This document shows, piece after piece, positions 38,075 through 52,717 of a stretch of 64,000 nt of DNA. The position numbers and the translations under genes were made by a program. How positions within the stretch are numbered: the first letter of the stretch is position 1; each line of letters opens with the position of its first letter. The notes beneath the pieces were generated by a model. The model was not told where the DNA came from. It worked only from the letters and a program-made list of their open reading frames with translations, and did not search any database. The DNA lies in NCBI GenBank assembly GCA_964057225.1, contig OZ059898.1, positions 3,906,001 to 3,970,000 on the forward strand, written 5' to 3'. Source of the stretch: Auanema rhodensis (lineage: Eukaryota > Animalia > Nematoda).

Positions 38075-39071
38075 TTAAAGAGCTCCCAGATGATCCTTTA
38101 CTTGCTGCTTAGTTAACCGATGAAATCCAGTTGCATCACATATAGCGACCTATTAAGGTTTCCACATAAAGTATTTGAAAAAATAACTTACTTCAACATT
38201 ATCTTCAGTCATTCCAACATCAAATGATTCTCTCAAAGTGAGCAAAGCTGTATGAATTCCATCATCAAGCTCTAAAGTTTCAGAAAATCTGAAAAGAAAT
38301 TGTCAAATTATAAATATTCATATACGCACCTTTTCTCTAAGAAACTTTTAGCATTGGCATCGTTTTTACCCAAAGCAGTAGCTTTCCATGCAAAATAAGC
38401 ACCCTGAATATAAACGATTCATAATAATTATTAACGGATAAGCAAACAGAAGGGTCGCTTTGGAAAAGAAGAGGTCTTCCTGGATTCTTATCCCATCCAG
38501 CTATAAGCAGAGATGCACCAAATGGTCGAACTCCACTACAAATAAAAATTAAAAATAGAATGATCAAAAAAGTTTACCCAGATTGAGTATATTCTTGCAT
38601 TACTGTAGCGAGACTAGTAACCAATTGAGTAGTTGGAATTTCTTCTCCATACATCAACTCATACTCCATGGCAATTTTACGACCACGGTTAACCAATATA
38701 CGAAAATCTGGACCCATACCACTGAAAATTACGTAACGTTACGTCACCGCATATAAAACATTATTCATTACCTATAAACACAGCCAATATGCTTACTGAT
38801 TTTTTCAATTTTTGGTTGATCATCACATAAAACAGAAGTCACGTTTTCAGTAGCCAATACTACACCATCCTTAGCTAAACAATGATCATTATTAAAAATA
38901 ATAATAGAATAGTACCTCTCAAACCAACAGAGGGTTGCCCATTCTTAACAGCATTTAAAGCATATTCAATTTGCATGAGTTTTCCAGATGGACTAAATGT
39001 AGTAAATTATAAAAAAAATTTATAACGAGTAACCTGAAGGTAGTCAATGAAAATCCATAATGATCTCCCAT
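38075..39071 (-). CDS. pas-2: 20S proteasome subunit alpha type-2
   Basis: [38 protein letters not shown]...[12 protein letters not shown]...[14 protein letters not shown]...[14 protein letters not shown]...KDHLGAL*; 8 exons. Confidence 0.98.
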
Positions 39072-39677
39072 TTCTAAAATTTCATATAAATATATATTAA
39101 AAAGATTATAATAAAATGAATAAAGAGAGATTTGGAATGACCAGAAGTTTTTGAATTAAACGATGATATTGAAGGTCCTTGGGAAATAATAAATACCGTA
39201 ATAAACGTAATATCTATGGGGCGCGCTTTCTCAAAAACTCAGAATGGTTAAAAAATTATTTGTTATGGATAGTAAAACATAAGGCTATTTTATTCGGCAA
39301 ACAACTTGGTAAAGTTACTCAGATTTGATAAATCGTTATTATAGTTATTTTACGCGTGTTGGATAACGAAAAGAGCGATTGAAATTGAGCATTCAACATA
39401 GTTTTATCGTTTAGATATTAATATTTTCTTGATCCCAATATTTTTTGATTAAGTTCTCCAACAACAATACCTACAGTGTGAAATAAATTATGATAAAAAA
39501 TCTTTCAATGCAATGATTGGACTATGCCATAATATATAACGAGAATGAAAATTAGTATTGTTTATTTTATCCAATTAGAGAAACTTTCGAGTTGAAGTAG
39601 TAGTTAGTTTTTTTCCAAATTTGTATTAAACTGAATTCTTTTTTTTTGATAAAAACTAAAGTTTCAACTATTTTTGA

Positions 39678-42600
39678 TTAGAGTGCAAATGATAATTTTC
39701 CGGTACTTGTCCAATAATGTGCCCCATTTTTGAATAGTTCTTCCTGGGAGTAGCATCCTAGCTCTCTTGGATAAGGATGTCCTATCGGTTGACCAATGGC
39801 TGGTCTAAAATGAAAATATAATGGAAGATTTTCATTAATAAATAAAAAATAACTTACATTTTCGGTAGTAATGGCGCTTTAATGGGACATCTAACTTGAT
39901 CTTTATTTCTGTTATACACAGGGTTTCCTACTTCACACTTAACTTCCTCTATTTTATCTGAAAATGTAAATTAGAGACTAATATTATGCTCTATGTCTTA
40001 CCAGTGCAAGGACCCCAGTAATTGAATAAATGAATGTTAGAGAAATCCTCAGAAGATGGGGGGAACATACAAGGAATGGCAAATCTATTGGCTTCTGGGA
40101 TAGTATCAACAAAGCGATATAATTCTCTGAAATATTGACTCATATTTGATTAAATGAATAAAAACTCACTCTACACTCTGGAAAGTCATGAATCCTGGTG
40201 AATCAGCATTTTTGATTCTAGAGCAGAGAACTTTATTGTATTGAGGTTCAGCTATTTGAGGTATCAAATGACCGGAATATCCCCCGCATGAGTAAAACCA
40301 AGATGTCTCAAAAGTGCATGTTGGACCTAAATATATTATTTTATGTATTATTATAATGTAAAACAAACCTAAACATATGCACGTATCCTTATTCACATTT
40401 CCGCACACCAATTTTGAGTTGCCAATCTGACAAATATATGATCCATACGAATTCATACACGAGACGCAATCATTAGATGTACAGTTAGTTGCAAGACAGC
40501 AAGGGTTTTCAATACTCTCAGTACATTCATCAATATCTTGAAATTCAATGCATTATAACATGTTACCCGCTCGCTAACCTTCAACATTGAGTAAAACCCT
40601 GGTTTCGTTATCACGAATTAATTTGAAACCAGAAACTGCATGAAAAACATGGTCCTGGCACAATATAAGATGTTTTAAATGAGCAAGAGTACTTGGATAC
40701 AGATAATTTTCGTCGCATTCGTTTTCTATGAAAAGGAAAATGAGTTCAGCTATATATATTAAGTTTTATAATTTTAAGAACGCACCAACGCATGCTACTA
40801 TGCCGTTTTCGATTCTCATGTGGTACTCATCAATAATACAAACACATTTGTTGTTTTCACAAATGAGACCGTAATCTTCGGAACAAGCACAGTTATCAGC
40901 TTAAATAAAAACAATTATTTCTTACAGTTTTTTTTCAGAACTCACAATTGCAAACAACGGAGTCTGTTTCTGTATCATAGGCATAGTGTCCGCTGAAACA
41001 TTCACATCCAAATCCTACCGGAGGCGGGAAATCATCAGAGTATACAGAAGTCAATTCAAAAGTTTGTTCAGGTTCAAGATCAATGCATATTGGTAGGAAC
41101 ATACCACCACTGTAATAACTTCCAGCCAAGAACTAAAATGTTTGTATTGACACATCTTACACATAAATTAAGACAATACTTGGTAATAGCAGTATGCATA
41201 GCCTGAGTTATTGACCCGTGGAGGAATCATCAGTGCCAATCCTTCCTCACGTGTTTCTGGTAATTTACCGTTTGAAAGCTGAATTAGATTATTATTTTAC
41301 AAATTTTTTTGCAACCAAACTCTATTTTTCGTTTCAAAGTATGAAGGATCCATAGTGCATTCGTTAAGGTTTGTGCATGTGCAATTATGATCACTGGGAT
41401 AAGGATGAGTATTCTCATAACCACTCTTAACAATAAATAGAAAATAGCTAGACAAATATTTTTTACCTTGCATTTCAGCCGATAACTTCCCGGAAGTTCT
41501 TCACAAATCGTAGTAGCAGGATTGTATAACGATACGTCCAAGCATTCTTGTATGTCTGAGAATAGAATTTCATCTTCTATGACACATGTAATCAGCTGTT
41601 TACCTTCACATTTGTGGGGATCAGATTGGCCAACCGGGTATTCATAACCGGGTAAGCAAACGCATCTTTAATATATAATTAACATAGGAGATAATATTTA
41701 AATAATCAACTTGTATGCTGGCCTATCTGGAGTCATCTCACAAACAGTAGTTAGATTATCACATTTATGCTTGCCAGTAATGCAATCATCAATTATGCTG
41801 CAATTATCAACTCCATCTCCTGAAATGTATGATGCAAGTAAAGTATACAGTATTGCACGATTCACCTTCATATCCATCCTTACAACTACAATCATATGAC
41901 CCGGGGGTGTTATAACAATCAGCATAACGATGACATATATTGCTACCAGTAGTGCATTCATCAATATCTGTATTTTTCGTGTTGATATCAACAGATCAAA
42001 AAAAACCTTCACAAATGTTTGATTCTCCTCTAGGCTGATATCCTTCTCTACACTCGCATTTATACCCAGGTACTGTATTAACACAAATATGAATACCACA
42101 TATAGTTTGATTCAAATTACATTCATTAATATCTAAAAAAAGCAATTAACGAAAGAATATGCATTTGTTTCATACCAATGCAATTGTTGAATGGATATGT
42201 AATGTTTTCAAAACCTTCTTTACAACTACAATAGAAAGATCCAATAGTGTTTGTACAATATGTAGTAGTGACCTCACAGTTATGTGTCGCAGTCGCACAT
42301 TCATCAATATCTGATATCATTAATGTTTAAAATTTGAAAAGATATATATGTTTCAAAACCTGCGCAAGCGCCACTGATTCCAATTTGTTTAAATCCTGGC
42401 TTACAGTCACAAACATAGCTTCCTTGAGTGTTTACACAATTAGAATTTTCATTACAGTTATGAGATCCGGTACTACACTCGTCAATATCTGAAAGGGTGG
42501 TAAAACAGAAGATTAACTTATAGCTCTTACCATAACAATAGGTTCCGTTACCAGTGTAACCAGCATTACATTGGCATTTGAACAAACCAGGCTCTGGAAG

Positions 42601-45600
42601 ATCAATGCATGTAGCCATATTACTACAAGTTATTGCATATCGTTCACAAGCATTATCCTAAAAAAAGAGTTAGAACGAGTACAAAACAAATTATATTGAC
42701 TTTAACACATGTATCAGGAACTCCTAGTCCCTTAAATCCAGTCTTACAACGACACTGAATGGCTGTACTATTCGCTACAACCAAACAGTCAGCATTTTTA
42801 TCACAAGAATCCTCAGTGCAAGTCATATTTTGACAACTGAAAAAATGTTTTCAGATTTAGGTTCACAGCTCCACCAATATGATACTGAAAACCTACTTCA
42901 CTGTTGGACATGAACAACCATAGAACGGTACATCATCTTGTCGAATGCATTGACCATTCTGGAATTAACAATGTTCAAAATTCTTCAATTCAAAATTTTT
43001 GATTTTTGAAAGAAAGTTAAATATTTTCAAGAGACACTTACTCCACAATTGACATTTTTACATGGATCAACAGGTGGTAGACATAACTGAGTCGTTTTAT
43101 CCAGAACGTAGTGTGCATCACAGACACATTGGTATCGAAGGTTTCCTATAGCATGAAACAGATTATAATAATTTGGTTTTCTGCTAATTGAAAACAAGAA
43201 AATGATAAGAATATCAACTACCTTGGTTGACAATCGTGTTGTTGGCAGCTTGCAGTTCTACACAAGTTGAATGAGCAGGACAATTTGTTGAATCGCAACC
43301 TTTAATGCTGCAAGCTTTTTCGTTTTCAACCCACTAAAATTAAAAGTAGATTTTATGAATATGCAGATATGATAAACCTCGTAATTATTAAGACAAACAC
43401 AGGATTGTGAACCATTTCTATGCGTAATGCATTGGGAAAATTCAGGACATTGAAGCTCGCATTTAATAGATGATACGCATTCCTTGAATATATATTGATA
43501 TCATTGAAATAAAATATATTGATATGATTATTTACGTTATTCACAAGCTCATATCCAGTTGAACAATTGCATGAATATCCTGGCACGCTGTTTATGCAGT
43601 CTTGAGTAAGACTGTTGCAATTGTGAACTCCCATACTGCATTCGTTCTTATCTATAAACATAGAAATTTCATTTCATTAAAACCAAGAAATATCATACCA
43701 ACACAACGGCTTGAATTGTATGGATCTTTTTGATATCCATCTTTGCACTCGCATGTGTAGAAAGGCATTTGATATATGATCTATATTAAAATTAATAAAC
43801 GACTATTGTTTTTAATACTAACTTTACAAATAGTTGTTACTTCATCACATACATTTTTCTCATTAGCACAGAAGTCGACCACTAAATAAAAATATTACAT
43901 CAGTGTATTAGACAACAAACTACTTACAAATGCACTCTTGTGGACTTTTGTTCGTATAACCAGCATTGCAGATACATTCCCATGATCCGTTTATATTTTT
44001 ACAAGTTCCAGCTGATACCGAGCAAGTCGTTAAATGCAATCCAAGCTCGCACTCGTTAATATCTTCACAAAAAATAGAGATATTATAAGAAAAACAGAAG
44101 AGCAGTTTCGTACCGATACATGTGTTTGTGTGTGGATCGTATTCATATCCAGCAGCGCATTGACATCTGAAACTTCCTTGAGTGTTAATACATTGAATAG
44201 CGTCATCTGGACAGGGACAAACGGTATTTTGGGTGCATTCAGCACACTCATCAATATCTGAAGCATATTACTGTCTTCATTATTCAGATAAACTCTAATA
44301 TACCAATACAAGTGAATGACGTTTGGTTGAAACGGAAACCAGAAGAGTCGCATCGGCACGTAACCCATCTACCTTCCAGCATTTCTTCCAGTTGTTTACA
44401 AGTAGATCCTACTGGGCATGGGTTGGGATTACATTTGTTTTCCACTAATAATCAAATTAATGAAGTAAAAATTCAAATTTAAACATACTGACACATTCAT
44501 CGAATTGATTCACATACGGTTCTTGGCATTCACATCTATAGCTACCCATTGTATCCACACAAATAGCATTTTCTTGACATATATTTGGGTTATCACACTC
44601 ATTTATATCTATAAAGATAGAATTATAATATTTGGATAAACGATTTGATTTCATACTTGTGCAATCATTAGATGAATTCACACGCTCAAATCCAACATTG
44701 CAAGTACAGTTATATACATTTCTTTCGTTTATAAGTTTAATGCAATGAGCATTTAGTCCACAATCATCCACACATCCACCTATAAAAGTAAATCTTTGTG
44801 CGATTGGCAGAAATTAACTACTTGTTGTATTTTCAGCACAATCTTTGAGGCCATGTTGAATCAGAGGTGGTTTACAATCACAACGATAGTTTCCTGGCAA
44901 ATTTACACATATTGAGCCAATTGGGCAAATTTTAAAGTCTAAAACAATTAGATAAACTTTAATAAAGTTGTGAATATCACCGGGATTTAATGTGCATTGA
45001 TTTGGACTTCCTGGGCATTGCACATAATTTGCTAGAAAATATGATGTTCAATCATCAATATTGCATGTACTTACCTTCAGCGGGGTCACATTCATCAATA
45101 TCAATACAGATATATCCTAGCTTAGAATCAGTGCTATTAACTTGTTTATATCCTTAAAGGCTTATCATGATTACAATTTGATAACTAGACTACCTTTCTG
45201 GCATTTGCACTCGTAACCAGGTGTTTTATCAATACATTCACTGTTTTCGGGACAACTATAGAGGTGGGGAGTTAAACATTCATTGATATTTTCACAGTTT
45301 TCATTGTTCTGTAAATTACAAGTTTGTTTCTAAGACACTGAAAAAGCTCAAGAAGTACCGTATCAAAGCTGAATCCTTCTATACAAACACATTTACCTGT
45401 TTGGGAAGAGCATTGGGCATTTGGTCCACACACAACCTATAATTCATTTTCAATTCTTTGACAATCATCTTCAGATTTTAACCTGATTCTTAATACAAGG
45501 GTCAGGTATTTGACACTTTCCTTGGAAAATTTCAAATCTTGGATCATCAAAGCCGCATTCGCAACGATACGAGCCTGGAGTGTTGACACATTCGGGATGA

Positions 45601-48600
45601 GTTTCATTTCTGATGCAAGGATTTGCTCCATCACATTCATTTACGTCTATAACATATATTATTAATTTTGAAAACGTTCTTTGCTGTTACCAATACAATC
45701 ATTATCTAATTTAGTATATCCTGGTCTACAATTACATTCACAAGCCCGAGGATCTTGGATATTTTGCTCAATTGCATTTGGACCACAAGGAGCACTTCCC
45801 TTGATTCTTCGTAATTCATCACATGGCTCTTCCACTGAATTAAAAAAATTAAAAACTGGTATTTAGAATGAAATTTACTTTTACAAAGATCTGTTTCTTT
45901 CGCTTTATAGAAACCAGGACGACAAATACAAGTTCCATTTGAACAATACGTGTTAGGATCCGTTCGACAATAATTCAGTAATGAGCAATCAGTATCAACT
46001 TAATTAATAAAGCATTTCATAGATATTTGTATTTATAAGCTCACCAACACATTTTCCGTCCACATGCTTCTCATTAGAAGGGCAAACACATATAGCATGA
46101 GTGTTGTAACCATTTTCTTTTATATTTCTACAAGTAGCTCTTGGATCACAATTCATTGTAGAGCAATAATCAATTTCTAAAATTAATCATTTAAAATGTT
46201 TTTTTCATGAAACATTACCATCACAACGTTTTGTTAATTCATTATACACAAACTGTTTCAGGCAGGTACATAAAGCTCGAGCACCGGATCGAGAACAAAG
46301 CATTCTGTCCGGATCTGAGCACACTGTTGAATTAATACACGGGTACGGATTCTGAAAAAGAAATATTTTACTTGTATCAAGCTTTATTTGTTGTTGACTG
46401 TGAATTATGATTTAGAAATAAAGTTCTGAAAAATTTCACTTAACTCACCGTTTGACAGTTACAAATATCCTGAGAAATGCATGTATCGGTACTTTCATCA
46501 TATATCTTATCGTCAGGACATTCACAGACATGAACTATTTTGTTTAAATCAAAGCTTTCATAATAACTACATGGACCTCCTCCAATACATTTAACTAAAG
46601 CATAAATGTTAATTCCATTTGAAATATAATTTAAAATATAATATTACCTGATGTACAAGGATTTTCAACACATTTATTGAATATTTCGCTATGGAAAAAG
46701 CCATCATTACAAACACATCGATATCCATTTGACAATGTATCATCTTCAACACAATGTGAATTTTCAGAACAGGAGTTTTCATTACAGGCAGACGAAGCTG
46801 AAAATGCCTTTTATGAATGATTATTTTTCAATATGCAAACGCTGGCATCCCTCCGGTTGATATGGAAGTCCTTCGTGCTTAGGAAGACATGTACAAATAG
46901 CAGAGCCTTCGGTGTCTTTACAAACCGTATTTTTTCCACAATATGGCGATCCATCGGGTCGACCCTGAATATAAATTAAAATAAAGTTTCATAGAGTTAG
47001 GAAAGTTGACTTCTTCACACTCATTAATATTTGTACACTGGCAAGCTAATGGTTTAGCTGAACATGCAGAAGGTTTTTTATAACCAGAAATACAGTTGCA
47101 TTGATATGATCCAATGGTATTATTACATATATCTCCTGGCCCATTAGGACAAGCATCTCTTTGTGCACATTCGTTAATATCTGAATCTTTTTTTTAATTT
47201 CTGAGTATTTTTTCCGTACCGTCACAAGTGTTATTTCGACGATAATATCCAATAGGACAATCGCATCTGAATCCCGGAGTAAGATCTCTACATATTTCAA
47301 ATGGTTGACAGTTGTGCTTATTTTCAGCACATTCATTTATATCTGAATGTATCAAATATATATTTAATAAATTTATGAATCAAATTTTACTTTGGCATTT
47401 TCCAGCAACTAAACGGAAACCACTCGTGCAGTTACATAGCCAACTTCCAGGAATATTTTCACAAACACTATAGGTTAAAGAACTACAGTTATGGCTTCCT
47501 TCATCGCATTCATTGATATCTATATAGTTATTAATATCTTTCATACGTATAGGTTTAATATCTACCAATACAAGGGAGCTCAATAGTACCCCTTCCTCTA
47601 TATCCGTTTTTGCATATACATTCGTAGGAACCCAAATAATTTTTACATATAGCAGTCTAAAATTGCATTAAACTATCAGTATAGTAAAGAAAGAAAAAGG
47701 TTATGTACAGTGGTATTGCATGGTGGATTTTCTCGTAAACATTCATTCTCATCGATACATGCTGCTAATGCATTATTTGGACTGAATTAATTGTTAAATA
47801 GGAATAGAAATTTGAACTATATACCGATTCATATCATATACATATCCAGGAAGACATTCACATGTATATGATCCAATAGTATTTACACAATGAGTATTCT
47901 AAAAAGTTATAAGATTAACCAAGTTATTTTATAAAGCAAAATTTTACCAAATAATATGTACAGTTATGCATTTCTAAGTGGCATTCATTGATATCTTTAC
48001 AAATTGGATTCTTAATATTCGATAACGAATTACTTGCATCCTGAAGAATAATTATATATTATTATAAATTTATTAAAACAAACAATTGCATATCCTCTAT
48101 CACAATTGCATTGATAACTTCCAAGTTTGTTTTCACAAGTGGAATGCTCGGGACAAATGTTTGGATTCAAACACTCATTGATATCTTAGAGTTGAAAAAA
48201 TATTTTCTAAATTAATCTTATTGGTCTTACCTTCACAATGACCATCAATCATATTAAACCCAGAATCACAGTAACATTCTCCAGTACCTGGTCCAATATG
48301 AGCTGTAGACCTGCATTTCGTGTGCTTGCACTGTGCTGCTCCTACTTCAGAACACCAATCAATTTCTGAAAAAATGTCTATAAAAATATATCATTAATTT
48401 TTCCACCTTTGCACCGCCTGGTTTTTATAATTTGAATGGTTAAAGGTGTTTTCAGGTCTATCCACCGATAGCCTTGCTCACATTCACACTTGCCAATTCC
48501 GGAGCAGTGAGCATAAGAAGGACATTTGAATTCTTGATTATCACAATATTTTGGATCTACATAGTATAATCTTGAAAGTTGATTAGTTAAGAACATGCTA

Positions 48601-51600
48601 ACCAATGCAAGTGGTTTGATTATATTTGACAGTCGCAACAGAACATTCACAGCGATAGTATGGAGCTTCAATTGTATCGATACAATATCCAGAAGAGCAT
48701 AGCCGTCTCTGTTTTTCACAAATTTTATCCCCTTAATATGTTTAAAAATTATGAGAATTATTATATTTTTTGATATTTTACTTTCACAATAAGGTCTTGC
48801 GGCATTACTTCCAGGTAATGGGTGGAAACCATCTTCACATTGACAGATATAAGAGCCTACTCTATCTCGACAAAGAGAATTTGGATGACAGTGGTGTGTT
48901 CCTCGGGCACATTCATCCACGTCTAAATTTTTGTAAAATCGTTTTTCTCTTTAAAGTTGATACCATCACAAAACGTTGCTTTTTCATTATTGGGCGGTTT
49001 TTCAAACCCATCCTGGCAAATACATTCATATGTTCCATTCAAGTTGTTACATCTAGTAGTAGTTAAATCGCAATTATTCTCATATGGACTACGGCATTCA
49101 TCAATATCTGAATATCAAAATTGAACAATAATTTAGTAATTTTTTCATACCTATGCATCTTCTTCCATTTAATCGTTCAAAACCTTTCTTGCATAAACAT
49201 TCATAATCTCCTAGTAGATTCAAGCAATCTTCAGAGAAATAATCACAAACAGGCTCTTGAGTGACCTGCGATAATTCATATTAAATTTGAATTAAAGCAC
49301 CTCACTAACCCAATGGCCTTCCTTACATTGATCTATAGGCTCACATACTGGATGTCCTAATGAATTAACGCTTATTTGTCTGAATCCGTTATTACAAACG
49401 CAGTGATAAGAGCCAACCTTCAAAAAGCAAAAAAAATCATATAATACTTTGAAAAATTACATCATTAATACATGCAGAATACTGTTTACATTCATGTAGG
49501 TATGATGAACATTCATCAATATCCTCACAAACATCATTGGCAGTGTTTAAGTGATAACCATCATCACAATAGCACTAAACAATAATATTTCAGATCTTTA
49601 GTTTTATTATAGTTAACAAACTATGTAGCTTCCAATTGTATCAGCACATTTTGTTCTTCCTGTTCTAATACAAACAGGATGGGTTATATTAAGGCATTCA
49701 TTGATATCTAAATATTAATTAGAAAATAAGAATTAAATAAGTTATAGTTTTACTTTTACAACTATCTTTTTTACCAGAGCCTTCGTAGCCAACTAAACAA
49801 GTACATTGATGTGTCATTCCATGGGTATGTGGATCTTTATCTTCACAACGAGCACGAATAGGATCACAATCATGTGATCCTTCCATACATTCATCAATAT
49901 CTGTAATAAGTAAGCATATACATTGAATATTGTTAATGAATAATTTCTCTATAATTTAAAACACGTACTTCTACATTTTCCGTCAACAGTTCGACGATAT
50001 CCACTTTTGCAATAACACGCCTTCAGACTACCAAGTTCAATTTGTTCATGTCGAACATCTTGACATTCTTCTGTGCGCTTATCACAAATTGTACAATTAT
50101 TAGCCATATAACCTCCAGATTCTAAATTTTATCAAATAATTGTATATTTGAAGAAAAGGTATTACCAAAGCAAGGAGCTGAGTTGTTTCCCAATCCTTCT
50201 ATTTGCCTTACATAGCCGGGCTTACATTCACAAGTATAAAGATTCTCATCAATAGGATCAGGAACACATATTGTTCGTGCAACTAATTGGCATGGCCGTT
50301 CTCGATCACATATATTTTTTTCTAATATATCAAGATCAAATATATAAACTTCTTGTTTTCTTTAACATACCAACACAGTACGTTCCGTTTCCAATATAAC
50401 CTTCGGCACATGTGCAAGAAAACCCACTTCCATCAGGATAATCAACACATATAGCCTGTAGGGAAAAATAATTTTTGTGTAAAACAACTCTATTTCAATT
50501 AATTTGATATCATCAAAGGTTTTGGAAGAAACTTGATTTAGGCAAAGTCTTGTTTAAATTTACCTTAGGCTTTGGTGCACAGTTAACTTTTTCTGGATTG
50601 TCGCAATAAGAATTGGGAGTACATTTGATATCAGACACTCTATGATGATACTAGAACAAATTTCATCTAAATCTTTCAAAATTAGAAGATTACCTGGCGA
50701 CACTGACACTCATATTCATCTTTGACTGTATTTAACACACACGTTGTAGTATTCTTATCACATTTTTCACAGTAAGCAGGATCAGCTTAAGAAATGAAAA
50801 AATTTCATATATCAGATATTAAAGTGTTAAAGTTGAACATTTTACTCACGGTCACAACTGTGAACACCATCTCCTTTATAGCCAGCTTTACAAGAGCAGG
50901 TATAGCTTCCTATCGTATTTGTACATTCAGCTTTTGTATGGCAGTCATTTTGCGCACTTGAGCATTCATCAATATCAATACATATACTAAATTCAAACTA
51001 TAGCTTGTTATGGAAATAATCTTTTCTACTTCATTTTAAATGTGAAACCAGGTTTACAAATACAGGAATAGGATCCTGGAGTATTTTGACAAATAGCATG
51101 ATCGCCACAAATTCCGGGATTTTTTTCACATTCATTTTCATCTAAAGATATTAATATTCAATTAATTAAAATTAACAATTATAATAAGATACCTTGGCAA
51201 GGTGAGCAAGTTGTTCCAGTAGTCGAATCATTCCTATATCCTTCTCTGCATTCACATCTATATCTTAGAAAGTTGTCATCTAATGGGACTCTATAAAGTG
51301 GGATAATTTTGATTATTAATATTTGAAACCTACAAGTTAATACAATTTGCATTCTTATCACATGAGTGTACTCCAGTAGCACATTCATCAATATCTGTTA
51401 TAAAGTTTAGCAAAATAACCAGTTTCAACTTTTTACCTTTGCAAATGTATCCGTCTCCAATATATCCTAGATCTGAACTACAAGGAGCACATTTGAACCG
51501 TGAAGCATCATTTGTGGAAATACAGCGTGAAGCAGCGTGACAATTATGACGACAAGAATCACAGGAATCATCAATCACTAATAACAGAGTTCAAACAAAT

Positions 51601-52200
51601 ATATGAACATAAGATACATACAAGTACAATAAATTGCATTGCTCACAATAGAACCTTCCGTACACCCACAGAAATTTGAACCATTAGAAGCAACTTGGCA
51701 TGTTAAATCATTTTTGCATGCCATTAATCTTTCATCGCTTCTGCTGCATGGTCGATCTTCAAATATATTATTTGAAAAGTTTTATCTTCATATATCTCAC
51801 AGCAATAAAATCCATTTCCTTGCGATTTCTCGTCACATCCACAATCAGCGTAAGTGTAGCGATCATAACGAACATTTTCGTTTTTTACTAATCCTGTTTT
51901 CGAACAAATAGTAGCTGGGCTCTCAGAAATAAACTTTTGGAAGCATTTATCAGAAAATGGATATAACGCCTATATAGACAATTTGACTGTAGCCTCTCTT
52001 GCTGTGAGCATACCTTTACATTTCGTCCGCAATCATCTGATCCAGGAGATACTGAAATATCGTTCTTGATAAAATAACGTTCAAGTATATATGATTGAAC
52101 ACTATGCACGGACTTTGAAATTGAACAAAACAGGGACTTCAGAAAACAGTACAAAACAATACATGACACATGGACGAGTACACGAGATGTATACGGAAAC
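39678..52200 (-). CDS. Giant fibrillin-like calcium-binding EGF-repeat protein (~75 exons, roughly 2,900 aa); 5' end unresolved
   Basis: Dozens of exons begin with D(I/V)(D/N)EC and contain C.N..GSY.C.C..G(Y/F). Non-EGF Cys-containing C-terminus ends [14 protein letters not shown]. No TM helix seen. Exon count and length are manual estimates. Confidence 0.9.
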
Positions 52201-52717
52201 TGCACGATACTTAAGTAGCAAATTCTTAGTAATAGCTAATCAGTTATGTCTCATTCACAACTGAATTGTGAAAAATTGATCTGAAATTGTTTAGTAAAAT
52301 TATTGCAAATGCAATAACGACTTATAGATTTGTATATTAAATTTGTATTGTTTGAGGACTGGGTATTTATAGTCTTGTGAAGTTCTCACGAACCATAAAA
52401 TATTATTCGGAACCACAATTAAAAAGCAACAGCCTTTTTTTTGTAATAGAATAAAACGTTTTTATATATTCGTTTTATTTTACGAAAACTGGCAGAAGTT
52501 GACGGAAACGTTTCCAAAATAGTTATAATTTCCGAATCGGTATAAAATAATATTCTGCTTATATTAAAATCCTAATAGAAATAAATCTTATCAACGGAAG
52601 GGAATTCCTTATCAAAAATGCAATGTGATTGAGACACGCCCGGTTTATACCTCTTAGTTACTTTCAGAAATTTTTTTTTCCTTTTGTGTATTTATACATT
52701 TTATAAATTATTTCAGT

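Noticed and set aside
39163-39170. SKN-1 site upstream of pas-2
   Set aside because: A single AT-rich 8-mer, common by chance.
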